Source of the DNA: an uncultured Acidobacteriaceae bacterium
GTDB taxonomy: Bacteria; Acidobacteriota; Terriglobia; Terriglobales; Acidobacteriaceae
Direction of reading: 5' to 3'
Assembly (NCBI GenBank): GCA_963800745.1
Contig: CAWDCI010000034.1
Span: 27,250 to 91,249 of the forward strand
Length of the DNA stretch: 64,000 bases
Below are positions 40,447 through 49,800 of the stretch, in pieces (the first letter of the stretch is position 1; every line of letters starts with the position of its first letter). The notes below the pieces were generated by a model. It ran no database searches. It was not told the DNA's origin and saw only the letters and a program-made list of their open reading frames with translations. The translations under genes were made by a program, and so were the position numbers.

Positions 40447-41199
40447 CTATTGGAAGATCCTGCCGCCGTCCACCACCAGGTTCTGCCCGCTAACCGCGCC
40501 CGCGGCAGAACTCAGAAAAAACATCATGACCGGAGAAATATGGTGAGCTTCCACCAGGAATTTCAGGGATTGAACTTGCAGCAGCATCTTCTTGTCGTCT
40601 TCGGTTACGTACTTGCGCAGCTGCTTTTCCGTCATGACCCATCCCGGGTTAATCATGTTCACCCGAATGCCATCGGGTCCGAGTTCGCGAGCCAGGGAAC
40701 GGGTGAAGCCCAGCAAGCCGCTCTTGGTGGCGTTGTAAACCGTAAAAGGCGCCTCGCCCACCATCCAGTTGCAGGTTCCGATGTTCAGGATGCTCTTGCC
40801 CTTCCCCGCCAGCAGCAACTCCAGGAAGGCGCGCGCGGTCAGCAAATACGAACGTGTATTCAGCTTCCACATGCGGTCGCAGTTTTCCACGGTGATGTCG
40901 CGAAAGGCGATGCGATCGTCGTTGGCGGCGTTGTTCACCAGATAATCCACCGTGCCGGCGCGCTCGCGAACGTGCGCGGCAAATGCGCTGATTTGTTCGG
41001 GTTCGGCCAGATCGGTTTGGAAGAAATGGGCCCGCGGCCCGAATTCTTGAGCCACGGTTTGCCCGCGTGCGGCGTTGCGCGCGCAAAAATAGGTCTCGCA
41101 GCCCGCCTCGCACAGGACGCGAACGAAGTCCTGTCCGATTCCGTCACTGCCCCCGGTTACTACGGCCACCCGCCCTTTGAACTCTTCAGGATTCCACAT
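40447..41199 (-). CDS. SDR family oxidoreductase
   Basis: GRVAVVTGGSDGIGQ, NNAAND, and YNATKSGLLGFTRSLA (YxxxK). The ATG at 41199 was chosen. Confidence 0.85.
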   Translation of the reverse strand: MWNPEEFKGRVAVVTGGSDGIGQDFVRVLCEAGCETYFCARNAARGQTVAQEFGPRAHFFQTDLAEPEQISAFAAHVRERAGTVDYLVNNAANDDRIAFRDITVENCDRMWKLNTRSYLLTARAFLELLLAGKGKSILNIGTCNWMVGEAPFTVYNATKSGLLGFTRSLARELGPDGIRVNMINPGWVMTEKQLRKYVTEDDKKMLLQVQSLKFLVEAHHISPVMMFFLSSAAGAVSGQNLVVDGGRIFQ

Positions 41200-41453
41200 G
41201 ATGAGTGCCTCCGCAAAATATGGGTACAAAACCGAGACCTACTTTATCAGAGCCAACAGGGTGCCCTGCGCTCAGACAGCCGATGCGCGAATCCGAACCC
41301 GAGTGCAAAGGCGCAGACTGTCTTACCGGGTTTGCGCGTCCCGGGTTTGCGCGCCGAAGTTTGTTGAGGCAAGTTCCCTCAGCCACCTCAGATTGTTGGG
41401 GACACCAATGAGACACAATTGAGCTAGAGGATGGCCGTAAGTGCTTGAAAATT

Positions 41454-41529
41454 TGGTGGAGCTAGTCGGGCTCGAACCGACGACCTCATCGTTGCGAACG
41501 ATGCGCTCTCCCAACTGAGCTATAGCCCC
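41454..41529 (-). tRNA. tRNA-Ala (anticodon CGC)
   Basis: The minus strand reads GGGGCTATAGCTCAGTTGGGAGAGCGCATCGTTCGCAACGATGAGGTCGTCGGTTCGAGCCCGACTAGCTCCACCA. It folds as a cloverleaf, with anticodon loop TTCGCAA, the G3:U70 Ala identity pair, and an encoded CCA. Confidence 0.95.
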
Positions 41530-41706
41530 ATCTTGAAGTGCTTTGGCGCGTGCTTGTGATTTTAACAGCGCTCACCCTTACAGACCAGCGTCGGTGTCCT
41601 TTTTGGCGGAATTGAGCCTCAGAATGCGCTCGCGTCACAAAACCCGGTTTACCAACTGCATCTTTTCACGTCTAATGGCGGTAGTGTTTCCCTGGGGGAT
41701 GGCTCT

Positions 41707-42360
41707 ATGTTTGCACCGCTCGATAACCACCTGTCGCGCCCCCAATCCCGCACTCTCGTCGCTTCCCTATTGCTTCACGGGTTGTTGCTGGGCTGGCTTC
41801 TGCATTCACCGAACCCCCGAGTGCTCGCCCCATCCTCGGTTGCCACCGGTCAGTACGGGACTGCGCTAACTCATCTCTATTGGCCTCGCGATGCCTCGCA
41901 GGCAGATTCGAGTGAGCCTGGGCGCGACCGGCAAAAGCTCATCTGGCACGAGCGCCACAAGGAGAGAAAGCCGGCCACGCCGCAAGTTGCCGCTTCCCAG
42001 GACGAAACAGCCGGGATTGCAAGCGCGCCGGCCGCCGCGGCTGGCATGCCTTATGGAACCTTAGCCAGTGGCCCGGCTTTCGGAGACGAGATCCGCCCGG
42101 CTCTTCCCATCTCCGCCACCGATCCTGTCGTGGACCCGCATGACCTTGCCGGCCGCGGCGAGGGCAGCGTCATCGTTGAGGTGACCATCGATGACCAGGG
42201 AAACATTGTGCAGAAGGTGGTCCTGCAGAGCCTGGGTCCGCTGATCGACAATAAAGTGCTGGCCGCGCTGGAAAGCTGGCGCTTCCGACCCGCCACGCGC
42301 AACGGCGTCGCAATTCCGTCCAAGCAGGACGTTTATTATCACTTCAAGCCAAACGCCTAG
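41707..42360 (+). CDS. tonB: energy transducer TonB family protein
   Basis: An N-terminal TM segment (LVASLLLHGLLLGWLL), a Pro/Ala linker, and a TonB C-terminal domain (VIVEVTIDDQGNIVQKVVLQSLGPLIDNKVLAALESWRFRPA). Confidence 0.75.
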   Translation: MFAPLDNHLSRPQSRTLVASLLLHGLLLGWLLHSPNPRVLAPSSVATGQYGTALTHLYWPRDASQADSSEPGRDRQKLIWHERHKERKPATPQVAASQDETAGIASAPAAAAGMPYGTLASGPAFGDEIRPALPISATDPVVDPHDLAGRGEGSVIVEVTIDDQGNIVQKVVLQSLGPLIDNKVLAALESWRFRPATRNGVAIPSKQDVYYHFKPNA

Positions 42361-42419
42361 CTCCGAGATTCCGCGGGCGGCGCGCTGATGTGGCGCATTC
42401 CAACCCTTATAATGCTTGA

Positions 42420-43037
42420 ATGAGTTCCACTTCCGTCGAACAAATGGCTTCCGCCGATTTCCCCACGCGCTGGGGAAACTTCCGTATCTCTGGCTTTCGC
42501 GGGACTTTTGGCGAGGGTAAGGGTTTGCGCACGGAAGAGGCGGTCGCTCTGGTGATGGGCGACGTTCACTCCAGTGCGCCGCTGGTTCGCATCCATTCCC
42601 AGTGCCTCACCGGGGACGTTTTTGGATCGCTGCGCTGCGACTGCCGTCAGCAACTTGAGATGGCTCTGGCTATGATCGCGGAACAGCATGCCGGAGTGCT
42701 GGTCTACGAGCAACAGGAAGGCCGCGGCATTGGCTTGATGGCGAAGCTGAAGGCCTATGAGCTGCAGGATTCCGGACTCGACACCGTGGAAGCCAACGAG
42801 CGCCTTGGGTTCAAGGCGGACCAGCGGGAATTCGCGCTGCCCGCGGAAATTCTGAAGACTCTGGGGGTCACCCGCGTGCGCTTGCTCTCCAACAATCCCG
42901 ACAAGGTCGCGGCGCTGCAGCATGCCGGGGTTGCGGTCACGGAACGAGTTCCCTGCGAAGTTCCGCCCACTTCGCATACCGAAAGCTATCTAAAGACCAA
43001 AAAGGAAAAGCTCGGGCACCTCTTTACCGAGAGGTGA
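42420..43037 (+). CDS. ribA: GTP cyclohydrolase II
   Basis: VRIHSQCLTGDVFGSLRCDCRQQLE and YEQQEGRGIGLMAKLKAYELQDSGLDTVEANERLGF. Confidence 0.9.
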   Translation: MSSTSVEQMASADFPTRWGNFRISGFRGTFGEGKGLRTEEAVALVMGDVHSSAPLVRIHSQCLTGDVFGSLRCDCRQQLEMALAMIAEQHAGVLVYEQQEGRGIGLMAKLKAYELQDSGLDTVEANERLGFKADQREFALPAEILKTLGVTRVRLLSNNPDKVAALQHAGVAVTERVPCEVPPTSHTESYLKTKKEKLGHLFTER

Positions 43038-43133
43038 GACGAAAACTGAGTTTGGCTGAACTGTGCCGCCCCGGCCGACAATCTGTTATCGTTCTGAATT
43101 CATAGCTGACTGGTGCCGAGGTCTCGATAAAAG

Positions 43134-44429
43134 ATGCCCATGCCTGGAGAGCAGCGTCCCGAACCGTCACGATTCTATCGCTGGGCAATTCTCATCGTTG
43201 TCAGCCTGGCGGTGTTTGGCAGTTACTACGTGTACGACGCGCTCAGCCCTCTGGCCGATGTGCTCAAGCAGCAACTCGGCTTCTCGGATTCCAATATCGG
43301 CCTGCTCCAGGCAATTTACAGTTTCCCTAACATTTTCACCGTGGTCATTGGTGGGTTCATCATTGACCGCCTGGGGATCAGAAAATCGCTGATGATCTTC
43401 GGGATCCTGTGCCTGATTGGCCCGGGCATCACCGCGACCTCCGGAAAACTCTGGATTATGGCCACCGGTCGCCTGATCTTCGGAATGGGCGCGGAATCGC
43501 TGGTGGTCGGAGCGACAGTCGCTTTGGCCCGATGGTTCAAGGGCAAAGAACTCAGCTTCGCCTTCGGCATCAACCTGACGATTTGCCGGCTGGGATCCTT
43601 CGCTGCCCTCAACTCGCCCACCTGGGCCCGCGCTGCCTATGCCAACTGGCGGGGGCCATTCTTGATCAGCGTGGGCTTCGCCGTGCTATGCGTGGTGGGC
43701 GCGATTATTTATTGGGCCATGGAAGTCTATGCGGAGCGAAACTACCACCTGGGAGAGACTTCCACTGACAAGGTGGTGCTCGCGGATCTTTTCAATTTCG
43801 GAATGAGTTACTGGTTCATCGTGGGGCTGTGCGTGGTTTTCTACTCCGCCATCTTTCCGTTTCAAACCTTTGCCGTAAAATTCTTCATCGAAGCCCACGG
43901 AACCTCCCGCGAATTTGGCGGCTTCTTGTCCAGCATGCTGACCTTGTTCGCTATGATTGCGACACCCTTGTTTGGACTGTTGGTCGACCGCATCGGCAAA
44001 CGGGCTCTGTTGATGATGTTCGCCTCCCTGCTCCTGATTCCCGTGTATCTGATCATGGCGTATACAAGGGTCAACCTGTACGTGCCCATGGCCATGATGG
44101 GCGTTGCCTTCTCGCTGATTCCCGCCGTCATGTGGCCCTCGGTGGCCTACATTGTGGAGCCCGCCAAGCTGGGCACCGCCTACGGCGTGATGACCATGGT
44201 CCAGAACATTGGACTGTTTGGATTCAATTTGCTCATCGGGTGGGCCAACGATTGGGGACACGCCAGCGCGTCGAATCCCGCGGGCTACCGCTGGGGCATG
44301 TGGATTTTTTCGGTATTGGGATTTCTCGGCGTGTTTTTTGCCTTTTTGCTGCACCAGCGCGAAACTGGACCTCATGGTCACGGGCTGGAGACCATTACGA
44401 CGCATCGGCTGCCTCCTAATCCCATCTGA
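43134..44429 (+). CDS. MFS transporter
   Basis: The 431 aa ORF has about 12 hydrophobic segments and an MFS loop motif (GGFIIDRLGIRKS). Confidence 0.8.
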   Translation: MPMPGEQRPEPSRFYRWAILIVVSLAVFGSYYVYDALSPLADVLKQQLGFSDSNIGLLQAIYSFPNIFTVVIGGFIIDRLGIRKSLMIFGILCLIGPGITATSGKLWIMATGRLIFGMGAESLVVGATVALARWFKGKELSFAFGINLTICRLGSFAALNSPTWARAAYANWRGPFLISVGFAVLCVVGAIIYWAMEVYAERNYHLGETSTDKVVLADLFNFGMSYWFIVGLCVVFYSAIFPFQTFAVKFFIEAHGTSREFGGFLSSMLTLFAMIATPLFGLLVDRIGKRALLMMFASLLLIPVYLIMAYTRVNLYVPMAMMGVAFSLIPAVMWPSVAYIVEPAKLGTAYGVMTMVQNIGLFGFNLLIGWANDWGHASASNPAGYRWGMWIFSVLGFLGVFFAFLLHQRETGPHGHGLETITTHRLPPNPI

Positions 44430-44644
44430 ATCACGCAGCCCAGCCGTAATTATTGGGAGAGGAAAAACCAGGGACAACTCACCCATAAGTTTAGTTATAC
44501 ATCTCTAGTCATTGATTTAAATGGATTTATATGTTTAGCAAAGTTGGCAAACCGCAACGGAAGAGACGGTATCCAAGTTGCGCCCTTGCCCGATTCGCCG
44601 CCTTTGGTTAACTTAGGGGCCGAGGCTTTCCCGGGCCATCCTGA

Positions 44645-44667
44645 GGAACTCTAAGCAGTACAACGTA
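44645..44667 (+). promoter_or_regulatory. candidate ECF-type autoregulated promoter (GGAAC ... CGTA)
   Basis: GGAAC at 44645-44649 and CGTA at 44664-44667, about 45 nt upstream of the sigma factor start. The 14 nt spacer is shorter than the usual 16-17, so this is weak. Confidence 0.25.
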
Positions 44668-44711
44668 GGGGACTTGTGCCGCATCTCACCTAATGCGGCC
44701 GGAAAGACGAT

Positions 44712-45314
44712 TTGGCGGACGCTAAAAAGCGACGGGACCAAGGAATCTCGGAGGCCGAGGCCATCGAGCGAGCCAAACAAGGCGACGCCGAGGCCTTCGA
44801 AGTACTGTATAGCCTGCACAAGCGGCGTGTGTATTCGTTATGTTTACGGATGACGGCCAATACGGCGGCGGCCGAAGATCTTACCCAGGAAGCGTTCCTC
44901 CAGCTATTCCGCAAGATCGCGACTTTTCGCGGCGAATCTGCGTTTTCCACCTGGCTGCACCGCATGGCGGTGAATGTCGTCCTCATGCAGTTACGCAAGA
45001 AGGGACTGCCAGTAGTTCCCTTGGAAGACACGGTGGACACGGAGGAAGAAACTCCGCGGAAGGAACTGGGCTCGCTGGATCCGGCCCTGGCTGGCTCCCT
45101 CGACCGCTTGCAGTTGCAGCGGGCGGTGGAAGGGTTACCTCCGGGGTATCGCATGATTTTTTTGCTGCACGACGTAGAGGGTTACGAGCACAATGAGATT
45201 GCCGGAATGGTGGGATGTTCCATCGGCAATAGCAAGTCACAATTGCACAAAGCGCGGATGAAACTCCGCGAGCTTCTCAAAACGAGCAGAGCCGAAAAGG
45301 CCGCCAAGCCGTAA
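44712..45314 (+). CDS. RNA polymerase ECF-type sigma-70 factor
   Basis: Region 2 ([38 protein letters not shown]...[11 protein letters not shown]) and region 4 ([44 protein letters not shown]). TTG is the only in-frame start after the upstream stop. Confidence 0.85.
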   Translation: MADAKKRRDQGISEAEAIERAKQGDAEAFEVLYSLHKRRVYSLCLRMTANTAAAEDLTQEAFLQLFRKIATFRGESAFSTWLHRMAVNVVLMQLRKKGLPVVPLEDTVDTEEETPRKELGSLDPALAGSLDRLQLQRAVEGLPPGYRMIFLLHDVEGYEHNEIAGMVGCSIGNSKSQLHKARMKLRELLKTSRAEKAAKP

Positions 45315-45350
45315 GAGAAGCCAGAGACAGAGAGATGGGGAGAGAGTTGT

Positions 45351-46016
45351 ATGACCTGTGCAGAGTTTCAGGCAGTTCTGCCAGACCTTCTTGAGGGCAG
45401 TGGCACCGCTGACCAGCGCGCTCACTTGACGCTTTGCCCGGCATGCTCGGAACTGGTATCCGACATCAACGTCATTTCCCAGGAAGCCAGGTTTCTGCGG
45501 GCCTCGGACGATCCCAACCCCAGGGTATGGGCGTCGATTGAGATTGCCTTGCGGCAAGAAGGGTTGATACGGGAACCGGGACTGGAACTGGTCCCGCCTT
45601 CCACCAATTCCTTGCGGCACTGGACGGTGGCGTGGCTATTGCCCGCGACCGCGGCTTTCCTGGTCACCTTCGGACTGCTTCGCTACGAGCGGCCGGCAAC
45701 CCCACCCCAAAGTGCAACACCGTCGGCGGCCGTGCCCGCAGGATCAGGATCGGCAGTTCCCGCCGCTTCCCAGCCAGCCTCTACTCAGGCGGATACGAAC
45801 GAAGACAAGCAATTACTGGAAGAAGTGGGCTCCCGTTCGCCAACCATGCGAGCTTCCTACGAAAAGGAGCTGCGGCATGTGAATGAATACATTCGGGATG
45901 CCGAAAAGTCGGCGAAAGCTCATCCCGAGGACGAAGAAGCGCAACAGTATCTTATGAACGCGTACGAGCAGAAAGCCATGGTTTATGAGTTGGCGGTGGA
46001 TCGGTCTTTGCCATAA
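45351..46016 (+). CDS. anti-sigma factor (zf-HC2 type)
   Basis: MTCAEFQAVLPDLLEG...HLTLCPACSELV, followed by a TM segment (VAWLLPATAAFLVTFGLL). It lies directly downstream of the ECF sigma gene. Confidence 0.7.
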   Translation: MTCAEFQAVLPDLLEGSGTADQRAHLTLCPACSELVSDINVISQEARFLRASDDPNPRVWASIEIALRQEGLIREPGLELVPPSTNSLRHWTVAWLLPATAAFLVTFGLLRYERPATPPQSATPSAAVPAGSGSAVPAASQPASTQADTNEDKQLLEEVGSRSPTMRASYEKELRHVNEYIRDAEKSAKAHPEDEEAQQYLMNAYEQKAMVYELAVDRSLP

Positions 46017-46089
46017 TTTTTGCGATAATATGTGCAAGAGCAGGTCCCGGTGGAACAGTCGGTCGCCGGCGATTGGGGGACAGGTGGTT

Positions 46090-46944
46090 ATGAATAGCAG
46101 GCAGCGCGCCGCAAGACTTGCAGCAGTGGTGGTTCTGGCCGGAACCTCTTTTGCTTTTGCAGAAACTCGCCAGGAGTTCCGCTTCAACGTGGGCCACCAC
46201 GTGATCGTTTCCGTCCTCAACCAGTACGGTCCGGTCTCGGTCAAACCTGGCCCGGTCAAGCAGGTGGTGGTAACCGCCATCACCTATTCTGACAAAGTAG
46301 AGATCGATAAGAACCAGAGCGGCAATCGCGTGGGCATCGTTTCTCATCTCTTGCCGGGAGCCGACACCGAAACCGGGCGCGTGGACTATGACGTGGTAGT
46401 TCCAGCCGACGCCAGTGTGACCCTCCAGTCCACCACCGGTCCGCTGCACGCGGAAGGACTGCATGGCGATGTGACCCTGGAAGGCGCCAGCGCGGCCATG
46501 GACGTTCGCGAGATCAACGACGCCCATGTCCACGTGAAAACCCTCGATGGGCAGGTAAATCTGACCAATATTCGGGATGGACACGTCGAGATCACCTCAG
46601 TGAGCGGCGACGTGGTTATGAATTCGGTGAATGGACCGTTCGTTCTGGTCAACTCCAACAGTGGCAAGATCCGCTATGACGGCGAATTCGGCGGCGGGGG
46701 CGAATACAATTTGACCAGCCACACCGGCGACATCGAAGCTTTGGCCCCCAGCTATGCCTCGATCGACGTGACCGCGCGTTCCGAGCAAGGAAAAGTCGAG
46801 AACGACTTCGACGGCGCCATGCAGCCCAGGCACACCTGGTTTCCGGTGAAGGCAGGGAGTGCCTTCGCGGGCACCATGGGCAAGGCTGCATCTTCGGTTA
46901 AGTTGTTTTCCATCAGTGGTAAAATCCACCTCAAGAAGCGCTAA
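46090..46944 (+). CDS. DUF4097-like beta-strand repeat protein (putative adhesin fold)
   Basis: A signal peptide (AARLAAVVVLAGTSFAFA) followed by repeated G-x-V/I-x-L/V strands (GDVTLEGASAAMDV, GQVNLTNIRDGHVEITSVSGDVVMNSVNG...). Confidence 0.6.
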   Translation: MNSRQRAARLAAVVVLAGTSFAFAETRQEFRFNVGHHVIVSVLNQYGPVSVKPGPVKQVVVTAITYSDKVEIDKNQSGNRVGIVSHLLPGADTETGRVDYDVVVPADASVTLQSTTGPLHAEGLHGDVTLEGASAAMDVREINDAHVHVKTLDGQVNLTNIRDGHVEITSVSGDVVMNSVNGPFVLVNSNSGKIRYDGEFGGGGEYNLTSHTGDIEALAPSYASIDVTARSEQGKVENDFDGAMQPRHTWFPVKAGSAFAGTMGKAASSVKLFSISGKIHLKKR

Positions 46945-47009
46945 GAATTAAAGAAGCGCTGGGAAATCGGGCCGCGCGGGTATTTTCACTCGCGCGGCAA
47001 TCAACAGAC

Positions 47010-47618
47010 ATGGAGACCACACTGGGCTCGCACCTGGCAGGCAGTGTTCCCGTGCGCGGTCAGTTTCCCGCGCGGCGGCTGGTATTCCTCGTGGGCTTTA
47101 TGGGTGCGGGCAAGAGCACCGTGGGCAAAGCTTTGGCAGGCCAATTGGGCTGGGAGTTTGAAGACCTGGATGACCGTATCGTAGCCCGCGAGCAACGCTC
47201 GATCGAGCGGATTTTCCGGGAGTCCGGCGAGCCGGAATTCCGCCGTGCCGAACATGCCGCCTTACGCGCGCTCCTCGGGGAGTCCAGTTCCGCACCGCGT
47301 GTGGTCGCCCTGGGTGGCGGAGCTTTTGTTCAGGCAGAGAATGCGGAATTGCTAGCGCAAGCCGGAGCCCTGACCGTGTTTCTGGACGCGCCGGTGGAAG
47401 TGCTTTTCCGGCGCTGCCAACAGGAGCAACAGGTGCAGCGCCCGCTACGCCGCAGCCCGGAGGAGTTCGGCAAATTGCATGACGCCCGGCGCCCGCACTA
47501 TCTGAAAGCTGGGCTGCGGGTCGAAACCAGTGACCAGGATATCGCGGCAATAGCCCAGGCCGTGGCGCGTAGTCTGGGGCTTCAGCCGACCAATTCTTCT
47601 CCAGAGGACATTCCGTGA
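47010..47618 (+). CDS. aroK: shikimate kinase
   Basis: LVFLVGFMGAGKSTVGKALAGQLGWEFEDLDDRIV...FRRAEHAALRAL...VVALGGGAF. Confidence 0.85.
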   Translation: METTLGSHLAGSVPVRGQFPARRLVFLVGFMGAGKSTVGKALAGQLGWEFEDLDDRIVAREQRSIERIFRESGEPEFRRAEHAALRALLGESSSAPRVVALGGGAFVQAENAELLAQAGALTVFLDAPVEVLFRRCQQEQQVQRPLRRSPEEFGKLHDARRPHYLKAGLRVETSDQDIAAIAQAVARSLGLQPTNSSPEDIP

Positions 47619-48370
47619 ATATGAGGACAGGATTTGCGGTGGCAAGCTTGGGTCTGCTGTTGATCCCGGCGCTGATGGCGGCTCCCAGCAAAGACAAGCA
47701 AAAACAGGAGGATGCCGGCCAAAGTGTGGACTCGGGCTCCTTCGGAGTCTTCATGAATGGGCATCGCGTGGCCACCGAGACCTTTTCCATCCAGCAGGAC
47801 GGCAAGGGAAGTCTGGTAACCTCCGAGTTCAAGTCCGAACAAGGATTGGATAAGGCTTTGCAGTCTTCCGAGCTCCAGCTCGACTCCAACGGCGAAATTC
47901 GCAAGTATGAATGGAAAGAGACCTTGCCGGAGAAGATTACGGCCACCGTAACTCCCAACGATCAGTTCCTTAACGAGCAAGTAAGCTCCGGCCCGGGGGA
48001 AAAGCCCTTGGATCAGCCGTTTTTGCTGCCTGCGTCAACCAGTATTTTGGACGACTACTTCCTGGTGCACCGCGAAGTCCTGCTCTGGAAATATCTGGCC
48101 ACCGGCTGTCATCAGGAGAAAGGGCAGTTGCAATGCCCGATGCATGAGCGCGCGCAATTTGGCACGTTGAATCCCCATTCCCGCTCATCTGCGCCGGTTA
48201 CGGTGGAGTTTGCCGGTAAAGAAAAGGTGACACTGCGCGGCGCGGAGCGGGAACTCAATCGCTTTGATTTGAAAGGCGAGGCCGGGGACTGGGTCTTCTG
48301 GATGGATGACCAGTTCAAGCTGGTCAGGATCGTAATCGCGGACGAGAATACCGAGGTGCTGCGTGACTAA
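47615..48370 (+). CDS. hypothetical secreted protein
   Basis: The 251 aa ORF has a signal peptide (AVASLGLLLIPALMAAP). It starts at GTG 47615 (overlapping the aroK stop) or ATG 47621. I recognise no family. Confidence 0.5.
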   Translation: MNMRTGFAVASLGLLLIPALMAAPSKDKQKQEDAGQSVDSGSFGVFMNGHRVATETFSIQQDGKGSLVTSEFKSEQGLDKALQSSELQLDSNGEIRKYEWKETLPEKITATVTPNDQFLNEQVSSGPGEKPLDQPFLLPASTSILDDYFLVHREVLLWKYLATGCHQEKGQLQCPMHERAQFGTLNPHSRSSAPVTVEFAGKEKVTLRGAERELNRFDLKGEAGDWVFWMDDQFKLVRIVIADENTEVLRD

Positions 48371-48424
48371 AGCGGCGACGGCCGAGAATGTTGTCGAGAA
48401 CGTCGTCAGGAACGACGGACAGAC

Positions 48425-49515
48425 GTGACGTCTCTCATTGATGTGCGCACAACCCGCGTCCTGTTCACCCTGCTGTTGTTCGCACTCGGGCTGGGCTTTT
48501 TATACGTCGCTCACCATACCCTGATCGCGTTTCTCTTTGCCATTTTCTTTGCGTATTTGGTGGATCCCGCCATCTCCCGCGTGGAAAGGTGGACGCGGAG
48601 CCGGGGTCTTGCCATCGCGGCGGTTTACCTGCTGATGGTGTCGGTACTCGCGACTTTCTTCTTCTTTGTGGGACCAAGCATCGCCCACCAGGCCCAGCGT
48701 CTGAGCGAAACGCTGCCGACCCTTCTGGAAAAGGTAGGCTCTGGTCAAATTGCCGAAGAGATCGGTCAGCAGCACGGTTGGAGCCAGGACACGCGCAATC
48801 AGTTGCGGGCATTCCTGGCCGGGCACAGGCAGTCTCTGCTTCGCCTGGCGCAGCGCGCCGGCCTGCGCATTGCCGAAGTAGCCCAGGACGCATGGCTCTT
48901 GATCGTCGTCCCGGTTCTGGCCGCCTTCTTTCTCAAGGATGGACGCTCGTTCAGCGAAATGCTTCTATCGTTCGCGCATGCCCGGCCGCAGCGCGAATTC
49001 CTGCAAGGAGTGCTCAGCGACCTGAATCAGATGCTGGCGCACTTCATCCGCGCCCAATTGATCCTGGCGGCCCTCTCCATGATTATTTATACCGCTTTCA
49101 TGAGCGCCAGCAAGGTCCCTTATGCGCTGGTGCTGGGCACTGCGGGCGGCGTAATGGAGTTCATTCCGGTCGTTGGCCCGCTGGTTGCAGCCGTTCTGAT
49201 TTTAGGCGCCGGCTGCTTCTGAGTTATCCGCACTGGATCGTCCTGCTGGTATTTCTCGCCGCATGGCGCATGTTGCAAGACTACGTTGTCTCTCCCCGCA
49301 TCATGGGGAAAAGCATGGAACTGCATCCTCTGGGCGCCATCTTCGGCGTGCTGGCCGGCGGGGAGATCGCCGGCGTGCTGGGTATTTATCTTTCAATTCC
49401 GGTGATGGCGAGCCTGCGCATCGTGTGGCGGCGCTGGCGTCTCTACGCGGAGAAGAAGCGATTCGGCCCACTCAACGAGTATTCGTTCGGCACGGAAATC
49501 ACTCCCGGAAAATAG
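48425..49515 (+). pseudogene. AI-2E family transporter (PerM/UPF0118) with one frameshift near 49205-49215
   Basis: The N-terminal 260 aa are in ORF 48425..49222 (...EFIPVVGPLVAAVLILGAG). The conserved C-terminus (LLSYPHWIVLLVFLAAWRMLQDYVVSPRIMGKSMELHPLGAIFGVLAGGEIAGVLGIYLSIP) is in the frame of ORF 48589..49515. The combined length of about 363 aa is normal for the family. Confidence 0.7.
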
Positions 49516-49530
49516 AGGATTAAGACAAAA

Positions 49531-49635
49531 AGAGCCTTTGACCGCAGGGATCGCAGCGAAAAGTACGAAGCACACGGAGAAACATTCTCTGCGCACTCCG
49601 GGGTTTTTCTCAGCGCACTCGGCGGTTAAAAGCTT
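49531..49635 (+). repeat. REP/MITE-like hairpin element, upstream of lysC
   Basis: AGCCTTTGACCGCAGGGATCGCAGCGAAAAG...CTCTGCGCACTC...CTCAGCGCACTCGGCGGTTAAAAGCT. The termini are inverted repeats, and it is collinear with the element at 51178-51292. Confidence 0.5.
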
Positions 49636-49800
49636 AGCTTGTAAGCGGGCATCGGCACAGCAGACGGAGACTTCCCCACCGCTGTTGTAAAATCCAATGC
49701 ATACCATGCGAGCCAAAAAACGTAGAGATTTAGCGTCCCGAATACTGCCGGTGAGAGCGGCATCCCTTGCAAGGAACCTCCTGCCCAGGAAGCTTGCCCA

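Noticed and set aside
41325-41352. 13 nt tandem duplication (CCGGGTTTGCGCG x2) next to tRNA-Ala, considered as an att-site or island boundary
   Set aside because: No integrase, no tRNA 3'-end direct repeat and no compositional break are nearby. It is probably a simple slippage duplication.
36737-41367. Very long + strand ORFs: 36737..38191 (484 aa), 38119..40203 (694 aa) and 40291..41367 (358 aa)
   Set aside because: Each is the antisense shadow of a well-supported minus-strand gene (the phosphoesterase, the CocE/NonD hydrolase and the SDR). They are Arg/Gly/His/Pro-rich low-information translations, typical of high-GC antisense frames.
49636-49800. Lysine riboswitch (L-box) upstream of lysC
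   Set aside because: I could not find the conserved L-box elements (the AGAGGCGC / GGGG...CTGG / TGCCGAAG type). The upstream structure is a repeat-family hairpin instead. A cmscan with RF00168 would settle it.
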